A DNA stretch of 63,135 bases, counting the filler, from Perkinsus chesapeaki ATCC PRA-425 (Eukaryota; Protista; Perkinsozoa), in assembly GCA_013115145.1 (NCBI GenBank). It is 3 parts of 3 records of this genome, joined end to end, with 100 filler letters (N's around TTAATTAATTAA, not from the genome) between each part and the next. Parts side by side here need not be neighbours in the genome. Positions count along the whole stretch, not along the records: positions 1 to 25,632 come from JAAPAO010000520.1; 2 more parts are not named here. One strand, given 5' to 3'. Made by a program: the position numbers and the translations under genes. This document shows, in pieces, positions 1 through 12,105 of this stretch. Numbering within the stretch: the stretch's first letter is position 1; each line of letters opens with the position of its first letter. Below the pieces are notes generated by a model. That model made no database searches. It had not been told where the DNA came from and worked only from the letters and a program-made list of their open reading frames with translations.

Positions 1-821
1 TGTGCGTGCGGTACTCCCTTAATCTCTGGAGATTTCACAGCCGCTACATTCGCAAGCTCAATCCGCTTATCAGGAAAAGATTTTGCTATTCGAGCGCTGC
101 ACGTGTCTAACAGTATGCGCACGCCCGGATAATAGATCGGTCTGAGCATTTAAAGAATGTGAACTGTTCACAGATGTGTTCCTGTCCGATCGCCCAGGGT
201 CGTATACAGTGCGGACGGTGACATGTGTACTGGCGCACAATGATGTTTATGCGTACGCCTACTAAGGAGTCACGCGCTGATAAAGGAATGAAAGAGGATG
301 GACACGGAGCTGGAATCTCGTTCAATATTATTTTCCCCTTCCCAGTCCCTCCTGGCATCGTAATTAGGGAGGAAACTCATCTCGGTAATCCGTAGGGATG
401 CGCGGATAAGAGACTGCTAAATGCGAGATGAGATTCGGCTGAGACAGTCCGTGGCGAGCGACCGCTCGCGAGAGGGGTCAACTCTCTAGGAGACAGCTGC
501 CCAGGCAGAAGTGGTGTCCTCATTCACGGAGTCCCAACTTGCATTCACTCTGGGTACATTCCTAACCTAGTTACCGAGTTTCCACGCAACAAGGCTGACG
601 TCAGAAAATTTTTGAGGTTGTTATCAACTGGTTTTGCCAAAGCTATAAGAAGCATCTGCGGATACTGTAAAAAGTGCAATGAACGCTACAGAACTCTTTC
701 TATAGAACATGGTTACACGACACCGCCGCCGGTAGATGGCTACGTCAGATGCGATGAACGGTCCAAAGCATAATGAAAGATTTGGTATACCAATGTGATC
801 TTGGAGCACCAGCGGCCGATT

Positions 822-2895
822 TCAACGTAACCTGTTATTCACGAAATCCTTCATTAGCTGCAGACCGGCCTTAGGCTGGTCTTCCGCAGTGTTGTGCCCA
901 GCGTTAAAGACCTGAAGCAAATGATACGAAGTATGACGTTTCGTTATTTCACTTTGAGGAATGTGAGTTGGCCGCCTGTGGAGCGCAGCGTGAAGCTTTT
1001 TGAACTGCCAACTGTTTCTCCTGTCGTGAGCTGAAAGTGACACACCGTGGATAGCAGGCATCACAGATCCTATCGATTGAAAACAATCTCACCTTGTATG
1101 GCTGAGTTGAGGCCTTGTTGAAGCCATCGTGACCTTTCCATTGCAGTTCACGTGTCCATGCACGATTTCCTAGCCAGTTACATATATAGTCTTGATCGCC
1201 GGCGTAAATAAGAACCTTTAATAAAGACAAGACAACATATTCAGAACATGCGGAGATCATATCGACTATTCTTATGCGAACTCTCAAGAAGGAGTAGAGA
1301 AATTAATGGGCACAGATGACGGCAGTTAGCAATATTGACAATAACCTACACGGAGGCCGCCATCCATGAGGGTCGTGAGGGAGGCATTGAAGTTACGCAT
1401 GTAGTCAACGGCGAAAGCCTCATATACCTGTCATGGCCAACTCAACCGTACATATGTTGCAGTTTACGGATATACTAAACTATTCTACTCACCCCTCGGT
1501 TATGGAATATCCACGGTATATCATCAATGTTGAGATATTCTTGAAGCTTTGGGTTATTGAAATAACGCTCGAACTACATCAGGATCCGCACATAAAGCAA
1601 TGCTAGCAATCGAAATGGTTACCTTCATATAGCTTCTACATGGAGCCGGAGGTTTGGGACAGTGCCGGCGCAAATCAAAGCTGAAAATACTAGACTTTTC
1701 AGGCTGTCATCCGACAGGGCTTGCTACGTATCAACTCCCTTCTTTACAATAGGTACGACGAGGTCGTTCAAACACTGGTCTCGCGCCTGCTTGCATACCT
1801 GAGCTTGCCAAGGTTGCTTGTTGCAGTCTCTAATCTTCTTGACGCAGCTGGAAGCCTTCATTTCCATATCGGTGTACCTAAATATCCCTAGCTATACAAC
1901 TATACTCCACCGAATCCAGACTCACTCTTCCTTAGTGATGACGCTTGGTGCGTTTCCGCTATCGAATGCCATTTGAGGTAGATATCCGAACCTGAGCATG
2001 TTTAATCACTTGATGTCCCCTCGGGTTGTACGCACTGAGTCTCGGGTGAAACCAAACCATTCCCTATCGCGATACCCTGCAATCTCAGCTCCGACTTTTT
2101 AGCGTGCATCTGCTCTGCCAAAGCTGGTATGTAATGGCCTGGAGACGGAATCGGAGTTGGAGCGACCAGATGAGGTGAGCCTTACCTGCATAGGACTGCC
2201 CGATCAGAAAGACTTGAGTGTTGTACTGTGGATTTTTAGTAAAGAACTGCTCCAGTACCGATAAGCTGAAAAGAAAGAGCATGGCGCGTTGATTATCGCG
2301 GCATTCGCTTACGTCGATTTTGCTGTGTCTATCGAGTTGGTCGGTGGAGTGCCTTCACTGAAACCAGCCAATGCTGGTTGGTCCAAATACAACACATTAG
2401 CAAAAGTGTTGTAGGAGTATCTATTGAATACACCTAATTGAGTGAGGAATCTATTGGCGATGCTTACTTGTTTGGAGTGGTACCAGTACCGGTATCATTA
2501 ACTATGCAAGGTCCGCCATTACCAGATATTATCGAGTACATGCTGCTGGCACCGGGGCCGCCTTGAAGGTAAATCAGAGTTGGGCTGCTGCGAGGATTTG
2601 ATCGGGATTCAAAGAACCAATAGAATAACCTGAAGGGGTTATGGCAGGCCTAAGGCTGGACCAACTTCGCCTAACCTCGAGTCGTCGGTTCCTTTCAAAT
2701 ACCCGAATAGTCTCGCAACCTTGAATTCGCATAGGGCAGCTGCCTCTAGCGAGATAGGAGAGCCTAGGCACAATGTAACGTGTATTTGGCACTAGCAAAC
2801 TCACCGGGTGAAGCTTCCAAGTGGGTCTCGTCAAATATCGACTGAGTTACTGCAACTATCGTAACAGCATATTTTGCGAGGTTGAAAGCAATCAT
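822..2895 (-). CDS. Serine carboxypeptidase, peptidase family S10 (multi-exon, signal-peptide-like N-terminus)
   Basis: Spliced exons give [26 protein letters not shown]...[17 protein letters not shown] (nucleophile motif), [20 protein letters not shown] and VFNAGH (catalytic His), ending ...DFVNNRLR* at 822. Confidence 0.9.
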
Positions 2896-4207
2896 AAAAA
2901 TGTAAGCCTCCCAGCGACTGACAAATCGGGGTGACGCCACTGGCGTCACGCGAGAAGAACCAGCGCAGTCTTCCGTTTGCCATAACCAGTTTGCGCCGCA
3001 AACTTTGCGGCAAATGTCTTCTTCAGCCGTTGTGCGTGTATTTCGTTCCTTTGGGGTCAACGGAATTCTTTTTTCCGATTTTACGCGTATAAACACAAAT
3101 CGGCCTTGTGAGTAATTTGAGGCATGTATGAAAAACGTTGTACCCACTACGCGCCGCCTACTCCATCATCCGGTGCACGTGAGCACAATTAATCCTTGGC
3201 GAGAGCGAGTTTAGAAGAAGCATTTACTGAGTCCTTCAGTTGTGTACTATTGTCTTCTTGAACGAAGAGCAACCCACATCAGACCTTCTCCGCTGAATAG
3301 TCCACCTCATCTTTCATGCGAAAAAACCAGGAAAGTTGATCAGTAGCTTTCCTATGTCGATCGCTTGCAAACTGCTGTATGCATCTGATGATGTTCAGCT
3401 ATGCGGCAAGGCGAAACGACGATCTCACCGTCGCACGCAATTGTCGCCACAAGTAGCCTCGCCAGAGGACCCCATGTTACGGCAAATACGTCAACTTGCC
3501 TCTCGACACCGAAGGCTATGACGGTCTTCGCAACCTCTGTGAACTCAAAAAGCCTTCCAGTGCTGTACGGCACCATGTCTAAGTACGAAAAGCTCTTCGC
3601 GGAAGGCTCCATTACCAACGTCGGACCTTCCGGTGTTACATAAACTTGATTAGCTCTAGTAAAAGGCCAGAAGTGCGATACTCCCTCAACTGTTATGTTT
3701 CGTATAGGGTGGGCGATTGACAGCCTCGGCGATACTAGTAGGACGCTACGGCCAGCGAAAACTCGTTCCCAGCGATCACGAAACCTGGTCGGTGAGAATC
3801 TCTCTTGGCAAAGCCATATACCAACCTGCTCAGAGGCATTGTACCTGGCCTCGGAGGATAGTTAACAAATTGGCAGAAGGTGGCGCCTCCGGGTGTATAT
3901 CGCTCATACGCCTCACGGAAGTAACCGCCACTTTGGCCGTACCTGAAGGTATTGCAACATCAGCTGCATCGACTGCTAACGTCACCAGAAGGCAGCGTGC
4001 TCGCTGTGAGGAAATGCGGGCTCATGGTCCCAGAGATTGACGGCGGAGATGCACAATCTCTTTGAACAGGCGTCCGACCCAGAATGCGGCGAGGACAGAC
4101 GAGCGATACCCTCGAAGGCCAGGCCGAAATCGCTGGGCCTGGAAGAGCGATGAAAAGGCTACCAAAAAGAGAATTCCAGACAGTGAGCGCAGTTGCTATC
4201 AGCAGCT

Positions 4208-5038
4208 TTACCTCACATGTGGAGCTGATACGCGTCTATCCATTATTGAGAGTTCTCCATCGCCAATACGGAGAAGGCTTCCACCTCGAACCAGCCACAG
4301 GAAAGTATCTTCGTAACTCATAAAGCGAATGCTCTTTGGCAATGGAGACCGCCCCGGCAGTCCCAGGGCACATTGCTGCAGGAATTCAAGGGCCAGGAAC
4401 GATGAATGTCCCTCGGTCAATCGTCTATCCCACAGAGCAGTCGATGGTGTTTTATTCGCTCTCTGTGATAATCGTCTATACCTTAGGCACAAGCGATGTG
4501 CGCAAGCGTCAAAGCTTCTATTCTCTTTGCCAGTGACGACCATAGAAAGGGTCATAGCTGTTATGCTTACTGCATCACAAGCTATGTCGCATTCTCCAGA
4601 TGCTACCGAAGAGTGCCATATCGCCCTCCACATGTTGGATATACGCGGCGAGTTGGTCGCATCAATGCAGGCTAGCTGGTCGTTTGGTTCCTCGCGGTCC
4701 CAATCGAAAGCGTTCCAATCCTCTAGATGATGACTCAGAGTCTCTATACTTTGCCTCCAGGCGTAGACCAAGAAGGACGGATGTGCCAGACCCATAGACT
4801 GCATAGAGGCAACTTGGAGAGCATGTAGTGCTGATCCGGGTTCGATAAGTAGTTCTTGAGGCATCGGCCAGGATACAGAGGTGTATTGCCACTCGGTGGG
4901 TAATGAGAACTCTAGCACCCTTGCCAGAGTATGGATGATCGCGTGCAGCCAGTCGCTGCGCCCTAACGAGAGCCAATCAGGGCAGAGAAGCAAACATGCT
5001 GCACAGATCTGAGAGAAAATTTGTCGCGGAAAAAGCAA
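4208..5038 (-). CDS. Hypothetical protein (276-aa ORF, no recognised family)
   Basis: Long uninterrupted ORF only; no motif recognised. Confidence 0.3.
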   Translation of the reverse strand: MLFPRQIFSQICAACLLLCPDWLSLGRSDWLHAIIHTLARVLEFSLPTEWQYTSVSWPMPQELLIEPGSALHALQVASMQSMGLAHPSFLVYAWRQSIETLSHHLEDWNAFDWDREEPNDQLACIDATNSPRISNMWRAIWHSSVASGECDIACDAVSITAMTLSMVVTGKENRSFDACAHRLCLRYRRLSQRANKTPSTALWDRRLTEGHSSFLALEFLQQCALGLPGRSPLPKSIRFMSYEDTFLWLVRGGSLLRIGDGELSIMDRRVSAPHVR

Positions 5039-5784
5039 GATGAGCTGAAAAGTCCTACAAGAACATGCTCATGCTCTACCATACCATGGCAGCTAAAGTA
5101 TGTTTTGCAGAGCCCGAGACCATCCTCCCCGATTCCACCACACGTATTAGACAGGAGAGATACCTTGGGAAAGTGAATGCTGAGATAAGAAATATGGAGT
5201 GGGCTAAAACCGTTAAGCTATCATTCCTCCAAGAAGCATCCTCGGTCGCAGCTCTCGGCGGAGGCCTGAACAATAAAATCAAAATGTTGAGGTGATCTCG
5301 GCATTACCAAACACGAAGGACAAACAGAGCCAGGCTGACAGCTAGACCACCCACCGAACACCCGTCATCGGACTCGGGCAAGGTGCGCACGGCTTGCTCG
5401 CAAGCCTGGGTTAGATTTATGAAATGTTTTAAATACCCTCACCAGTGGAAGATCCCAGACGTCGACCCGGAACTCCTTCATGCACTGTGAGAGCAGCTGA
5501 TCCGTTCGATGCCACTCCTCGGCGAGAGGACCAAGATCGCCTGATCCGATCGAAAGAGAGATGGCCCTTTGCGGTAAACACTGCGAGTCTCAAAGGCTGG
5601 AGGCAAAGCAGTGGCTTTTCTTTGAGATAACACCTACACTGGTAACGTGCAAAAATTGCATCTGTAAGTTTGGCAAAAGCGCAGCAAGTAGTTGGATCCA
5701 TGCTACCATCCCAGCACGTCGGGTTGAATGAGGCGGCATCGTCGGGAAGGGCCTGCCAAAGAGGAGGGCTGTTTTACTAGGGAA

Positions 5785-6300
5785 TTATATGGACGCCCTC
5801 TTCTCCAGTCCCACCAGCCCGTAGAAACAACAACTTTCCCACTTGAATCGTCCAGACCAACAAAGAGCTTCCGCCGCTCGTGCTCGGCTAATATTCCGCA
5901 CACTTATGGTCACATTACATACAGAACTGCAACCGCTGCTGTAGACCGTAATCAATGAGTCTGGCATGTAGACGATCTTATGTGCTTTCGTATTTATTCG
6001 ACGGCCTTCGAATGTATAGCTTTGTGGAGGCATCTGTTCGTGCGCAATCTTCAAAGTTAGCTCGTTGTGTTCTATTGTGGTGGGAGGATTGATTGCGACG
6101 CTTAGAAGCTGGCCGTACGAGTCAGCTAACCACCCAGCCGAGGCTTCGTGTACTGTGTATTCTTCAATCATGTCTCGGCTGAAGTATGGTTCGAGTAAAA
6201 GAGTGCTGATGGTAAATCCTAGCAGCTTAATCATTGGTGCCATTTGGCATCGAAATGAGAATAACCCTAAGAGAGGTTCCCTCCACTCAAGCAGTTTCAA
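5785..6300 (-). CDS. Hypothetical protein with possible hydrophobic leader (MAPMIKLLGFTISTLLL)
   Basis: 171-aa ORF; an internal Met is followed by a hydrophobic stretch; no family recognised. Confidence 0.25.
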   Translation of the reverse strand: MKLLEWREPLLGLFSFRCQMAPMIKLLGFTISTLLLEPYFSRDMIEEYTVHEASAGWLADSYGQLLSVAINPPTTIEHNELTLKIAHEQMPPQSYTFEGRRINTKAHKIVYMPDSLITVYSSGCSSVCNVTISVRNISRARAAEALCWSGRFKWESCCFYGLVGLEKRASI

Positions 6301-6921
6301 GCCAAGGTTCTCAGTGGCTACGAGATACTATTCCAGGACCTGGAATTCAGGTACACTGATGGTTGTAGGAAGCCGGTACGAAGTACGGAGCATTTCGCGG
6401 AATATTCGTCTCGCGGCATAGTCTCCGAATATAGTATAAACCGGGTTTATTCAACCCTATATGCCACGAATAACTTATTCGACCTAGCCACGGAGGTCTT
6501 AGGAGACTTCTATTCATTAAAAGGAATATCCACCAAAGATGTGCTCGCAATGCTACCCTATTCCAACCGTTAGAATAGGAAAGTCTCCCAGGATTTCTGG
6601 GTATGCCTAGGCGGGCCTTGGAAGAAGAATCTACGAACTTCTTCACTCAGAACAACGGGTTCTCGAGTCGCAAAGGAATATCCGCAGACATCACTACTAC
6701 TCGCAGGCATAACTCACGCAGCACAGCCGACTGACTGGCATCTGGCATTCTATGCTCTTCATTAGAGAGAGGAATGAGAGCGACAAATCCGCGGAAAAGC
6801 GACACTGAGATTATGATCCAACTGTCATCAGCGTAGTCTACAACAAAGTTTACTCTACATAAAAGCGTTCTAGGAATAGACCACAGAATGATTATAATCG
6901 TTGATAAGTCATTGTTCCTCA

Positions 6922-7657
6922 TCAGGAATAATGTAAGGAGTTGTCCAAGAAATCTTTGATCATTTGATGACCCGCCACTGGGGCGTTCTCGGCAACATTG
7001 TGTCCAGCTCCGAAGACCTACAAATGAGACTGTCAAGGCAGTTAAGAGCACCGTGATTTCACCTGAATAAATGTTAGTTGGCCGCCTGATTCCTCCAGCG
7101 TGAAGCTTGTTAAAGTGCCAGCTGTTTCTCCTGTCTGAAGCTAAACGCCACAAGCTACTGTGAATTACGGGAACCCTACGTACTATCCACAACCAATCTT
7201 GTGAGGAGCTCACCTTATATGGCTTAGCCGGGGCCTTGTTGAACCCATCGTGGCCTTTCCATTGCAGTTCACGTGTCCATGCACGATTTCCTAGTCAGTT
7301 ACATATATAGTCTTGATCGCCGGCGTAAATAAGAACCTTTAATAAAGATAAGACAACACATTCAGAACATGCGGAGATCATATCAACTATTCTTATGCGA
7401 ACTCTCAAGAACGAGTAGAGAAATTAATGGGCACAGATGAAGGCAGTTAGCGATGTTGACAATAACCTACACGGAGGCCGCCATCCATGAGGGTCGTGAG
7501 GGAGGCATTGAAGTTGCGCATGTAGTCACCGGCGAAAACCTCATATACCTGTCATGGCTAACTCAACCGTACATATGTTGCAGTTCACGGATATACTAAA
7601 CTATTCTACTCACCCCTCGGTTATGGAATATCCACGGTATATCATCAATGTTGAGGT
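6922..7657 (-). pseudogene. 5'-truncated second copy of the S10 carboxypeptidase (C-terminal exons only)
   Basis: About 7210-7657 is near-identical to about 1085-1537, introns included. The last exon reads VFGAGHNVAENAPVAGHQMIKDFLDNSLHYS*. Homology stops mid-exon at about 7657, and no GxSxG exon is seen upstream. Confidence 0.75.
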
Positions 7658-8492
7658 CTGCTTTGCGACTCCAGTTTCGCCCTCGTCGCTTGACCAGTCT
7701 CTTAGAGACTCTGGCAGGCCTCCGGGGACTCGACGGTGGAAGTCTATGGGATGCTTCTTCCTGCTCGTTGCCTGTGTTGCACTCAAAGTAGGCGAAAGTA
7801 AGCGCACTCCAAGTGTACTGATGAGACTGTTCGTTCGGTGTTCCACGTCTGTTGCAGCGCCGCTATTTACACTTAGCTACCATTGCTATGCGTTCTCATC
7901 AGAGTATCCATCTCGGCTCTAGAATGGTGTCACCGAACGTTTTCTATTGCTTGTGGCTAATGCGTTCTTGGTCAATGCATAATCATTGGAGTTCGAGGGA
8001 TAGGCTACTGTAGCCACAACAAGCGGGACAAGTGACGCTTATACCAACTTCTCAATCTAGCCTCTCTTTTTAATGGTGGCTTTATTGCTCCATCTTAACG
8101 CAAAGTTGAGGAGGCCTCAATAATGCCTTTGGCGATTGAAGGTCTTAGCTGTTATGATGTTCCACAAACGAATAACAATGTCATTGTCACAATGATACCG
8201 CAACCCGACCTCTGAGAATCAGAGGACAGTCGCTTTATATTATTCATCGCGTGACTTGGGAGATAACGCCCTTATAGATAAGTCTTTTAACTATGCTGTA
8301 AACACAATGGACCTCAGGATTCCAGAAACATGGGGAAACAATCTGAGCTAATCCATATCTTTTCCGTGCTCATCTGCCATACCAACTTGCCCTAACTTCG
8401 CTTCTGTTACGGCCTGATTTCGGCGGGCTTTCTGTTCCCACAGCTTCAAATAAGACTGATATCGCGGAGCCTAAAAATCAACAATATTCCGG

Positions 8493-8891
8493 CTACTTAA
8501 AGTTCGCAGGGCCGGTCACCAGTCGCTCGAGCTCTGCTAGTTCCTCCTCGTTGAAAAACACAAGTCGCCGGCCGCCTCGGCTAACCACGGCCAGAGTCGG
8601 TTCCAGCGACCCATCCTCATCAGACTTCCCAGCGAAAACAAAGAACTGCTTCCGGCCGCCCGGCATCTGACACTTCGACATACATGTTAACATCCGACAT
8701 TGCCCAACCTGGACAACATCACTGGTGTCCTCTGGCGGCCAGTAAAACGGATTTGTCTTCTCGTAGTTCTGCCCGACCGGCCCGAATGGTCTCATGTGGG
8801 TCGGCTTGGCTCCCTCACGGAATACTTGTACTGTTGACTTAGTACTAGATCGTATTGATCTACGGCATTCTCTGGTAAGCGCCACTAGCAT
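8493..8891 (-). CDS. Hypothetical protein, possible mitochondrial-type leader; may contain a short intron
   Basis: 132-aa ORF with an Arg/Ser/Thr-rich, acid-poor N-terminus and a globular-looking C-terminus; lies just downstream of UBA3. Confidence 0.4.
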   Translation of the reverse strand: MLVALTRECRRSIRSSTKSTVQVFREGAKPTHMRPFGPVGQNYEKTNPFYWPPEDTSDVVQVGQCRMLTCMSKCQMPGGRKQFFVFAGKSDEDGSLEPTLAVVSRGGRRLVFFNEEELAELERLVTGPANFK

Positions 8892-9153
8892 GAGTGCAAC
8901 TGAAAGGCACTAGCTTCATCTCGCCAGCTAAGCCCCCTTCGTTGAGGGATACAACGGCGATAAAAGTAAATTCCGAGTAGATATCGCGCAGCTCCTACCG
9001 GCCGCGTACAACTCGTTTTAGGAAATCCGTCAACGCTGCCGCCAATACCGCTCCTTCCACATCAATGTGAACTTCACACTATACCTCTTACTCAAAGGAA
9101 ACGTTAAATGACACAAAAATACAAATACCGATGCTGCCGATGGCCGATCATCA

Positions 9154-11600
9154 TCACTCAAGATACTTCATTCGAAGGATCAATCTCGCTGGAAAAGAAA
9201 CAATAGCTTTGCTGTGTTATCTAAAACACCTACTAGGAAGGGTTGGATCGGTTACTGTGGCCTCATCGCCTTCCCGAAGTACACCACTGTCGTTCAGCTC
9301 CTTCAAAGACTTTGTCAGTTTCCATTCGTGCTCGGCACGCAGGGCCAACGGCTGAGAGAAGCTCTCCGTTATACTCCCGGGGAGACTATCAAGACTTTCT
9401 CCAGCAAGCGAAATCACACGCGAGACGGTTCGACCGTCATGAAATAATGAAAATCTAGTACAAGGGTCATGCAAGGTGCAATATGAGTGCAAATTCCCTA
9501 CATCTCTAAACCCTTTCCAAGCTAGCACCATAAAGTAGACGTAGTCCGATTAAAATAAAAAGGCAGTCTTGTAGGCGCCAACCGGACTCGATTCTCTGAC
9601 ATACCCGTTGGATGAAAACAACTCCTGATGCTGTTGAGATACTAGGTCGCTGAAGTCTGAATTTCCCCGCCGGATCGCACAGTACCTGAAAATAAAAGTC
9701 CAATGCCAGACCAACAACTTGCACCGAAGACTTACATTAAGTAGGTCCTGTAGAGTATTGCGCTCCGGATTGAGGGAGTCGATGACAGCCTCCCCGCCGC
9801 TACAAACCTAGTAAGGCGGTTTAGCATAGACTACGTCTCAACCTGGCTACCAGACATGTGTCACTTCTTTCCCATTCAAACGTTTGGGTATTAACTCCTG
9901 TTTGACCCATGTACATAAAGTAGTTGTCGAGGCCTACTGCACACATCCACACACTACATGCACAACAACCTCACTGGGATCGCAATAACTAGCCAGCTTC
10001 AATGCCTCCGACACCAGCACTCCGGAGACCAAAGCATTAGTGGAGGCAACTGCTGGTATGATACGCTTCACCACGCCAAGAGTAAGGCGGTAATCAACGC
10101 CATGAATGCCGAATGTGTCCGCCCTGGCCGCCTGGAAGTCTATCGATACATCGGCGAGCAGTTCCCCCCTACAGCTTGTTCGTAGATCCATTTGATATCG
10201 TGTGCACTGTCTGTATTGACCTTAACCCCAGGGAAGGCCCTCTCCCACAGAACCAGCAAAGCGTACCTGCCGTGGCCACCTAATACGCTTTGGCAGATAG
10301 TATTACTCGATACAATGCTCGGGCAGCCTCGGGGTCTCCGCCAGAGTGCACATAGGGTAGTTGCCCGTGTCCGGCGGGCCGAAGGACTCTAAGGTGCAAT
10401 CGAAACAGGCCGTGTGGTAGGGTACGATGACTCTGGCCTGCCCCCTGCCAGAGAGATTCCCCGGACGGGATGATTGGCTGGGCCTACTTGAGCCCTTCAG
10501 TGCCTCCGTCAAGTAGCGGCTTTAATGAGGAAGGATCTATGTTACCCAAGTCATCACGACGAACCATGCTATGCAGTGTAGAGTTCAACCATCTGAAACA
10601 GATGTTCTTACTTTGAAAACCATAATACTGATTATGATGATTTCAAAACTGCAAGCGTGGAGCTTCGACCGAAATCTCTTAAACGTCCATCCGAAGTTAA
10701 TATTTTTGCCCGCTGAAGAGCCCGAAGAGGCCCACTGTGTCCGGCGTACCCTCCCCTCAGACACCCTAGTACCTTCGAGCCGGGATATTATCAAGTCCAG
10801 CGATGATCAAGAAGAACTGCTCGTAAAAGTCCGGTCCGAAATCCTGGATTTTACCGTTGTAAGGGGTAACATGAACCCCTAGATGGCCACAACGATTGTT
10901 AATAAAAGCTGCCGCTACTTTGGCCTGAGCAACAGGCTGGCTCTTCCTGACCTGGGTCGCTTCACCTTGCTTAAACCAACGTCCGATTCCCGGAAAAGGA
11001 ACTGCCTGTTGAGATTGGTGACGTCCACATTGTCCATATCAATGACGTGGATGTCGGTGAATCTGATACACTAGCAGGGTAGTTCAAGATATCTTCATTT
11101 TCAGGGACCTCCCAAAGCAGGCGAATCGAATTGCAAATCCCAGCGCTTTGAAGCCCGTTCTGCTCACTGTTTCCGCGGAGGGCTCTAGATCAAAAATCTC
11201 GGCTTGGGGTTGGAAGGCATACCAACGACATATGTCCCGTTGGCCACAAAAGCGTCCAGGAAAATGGCCACCTTGGGTTCACTGGACTTGCGTATGTACG
11301 CCACTTACCCGCTCAACGCTAAGTCCTTGAGAATTTCACATCCGAGACCGCCAGCTCCGATAACTAGGATTTTCTAAAAAGATATTTTTGAGGTTGACAT
11401 GGATGCAAATGCTACAGCTTCTCGAACAAACTTCACAGTTTCCATGGAGGGATCATGTACGTCTCTGAGACCTTCGAAAGGGCATCCTCGCGTGAGCACG
11501 GTGTTGCTGAGGAAGACAGTTCTTGAGTCGGTCAAAGATACCCTTACACATCTGCATTTGTCCGGGAAGTTGGACTGGTCAAACCGGTTCGTCCATTCAT
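9154..11600 (-). CDS. UBA3: NEDD8-activating enzyme E1 catalytic subunit (multi-exon)
   Basis: [22 protein letters not shown]; [17 protein letters not shown]; [18 protein letters not shown] (catalytic Cys); [20 protein letters not shown]; C-terminal ...VTDPTLP. The start and stop follow from manual splicing. Confidence 0.92.
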
Positions 11601-12105
11601 TATAATCAGAGCTATCAAATGGTATTAGTTTATTAGGACTATAACACTACAAAGCTGGCGGAAACAAGTACCATACAAATGCGTAGGGAGCAATAGGGTT
11701 AGGCTAAGACCTGCTGTGGTGCCGACAAAACCAATAATGGAGCTTATACGGGTTAAGCCCGAAACATTCAAGCCTGACGGGATGATAGGAAGACTTGGAT
11801 CCAATCAGCGACTTCAAAGTGAGGAATTCAGTCTGAAGTTTTCCTTCCAAACGAGCGATACATGGTACAAGCCACTCAACGTCTTCCTGCTCGAAGGCCG
11901 ACAGGCTTTGCCATGATTCCTGAGCCTTCGACAGCCAGCCAGCTCCTTGCGTCGTCTGGCACTACAGCGGCACCCTAGTCACTACGCTTCACAACAGAGC
12001 ACTTGTGTGCCGAACGACTGGAGCGGCGGCGAGCGCCAAAAAGGTGCGCAGAGGGGCACGAAAGAAGGAAATTTGTAAGCTGCCTAAGTAAAGTCTTTAT
12101 TACTA

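Noticed and set aside
11378-11394. 17-mer aaagatatttttgaggt shared with 55798-55814
   Set aside because: AT-rich and in opposite orientation relative to the host introns; one such match is plausible by chance in 63 kb.
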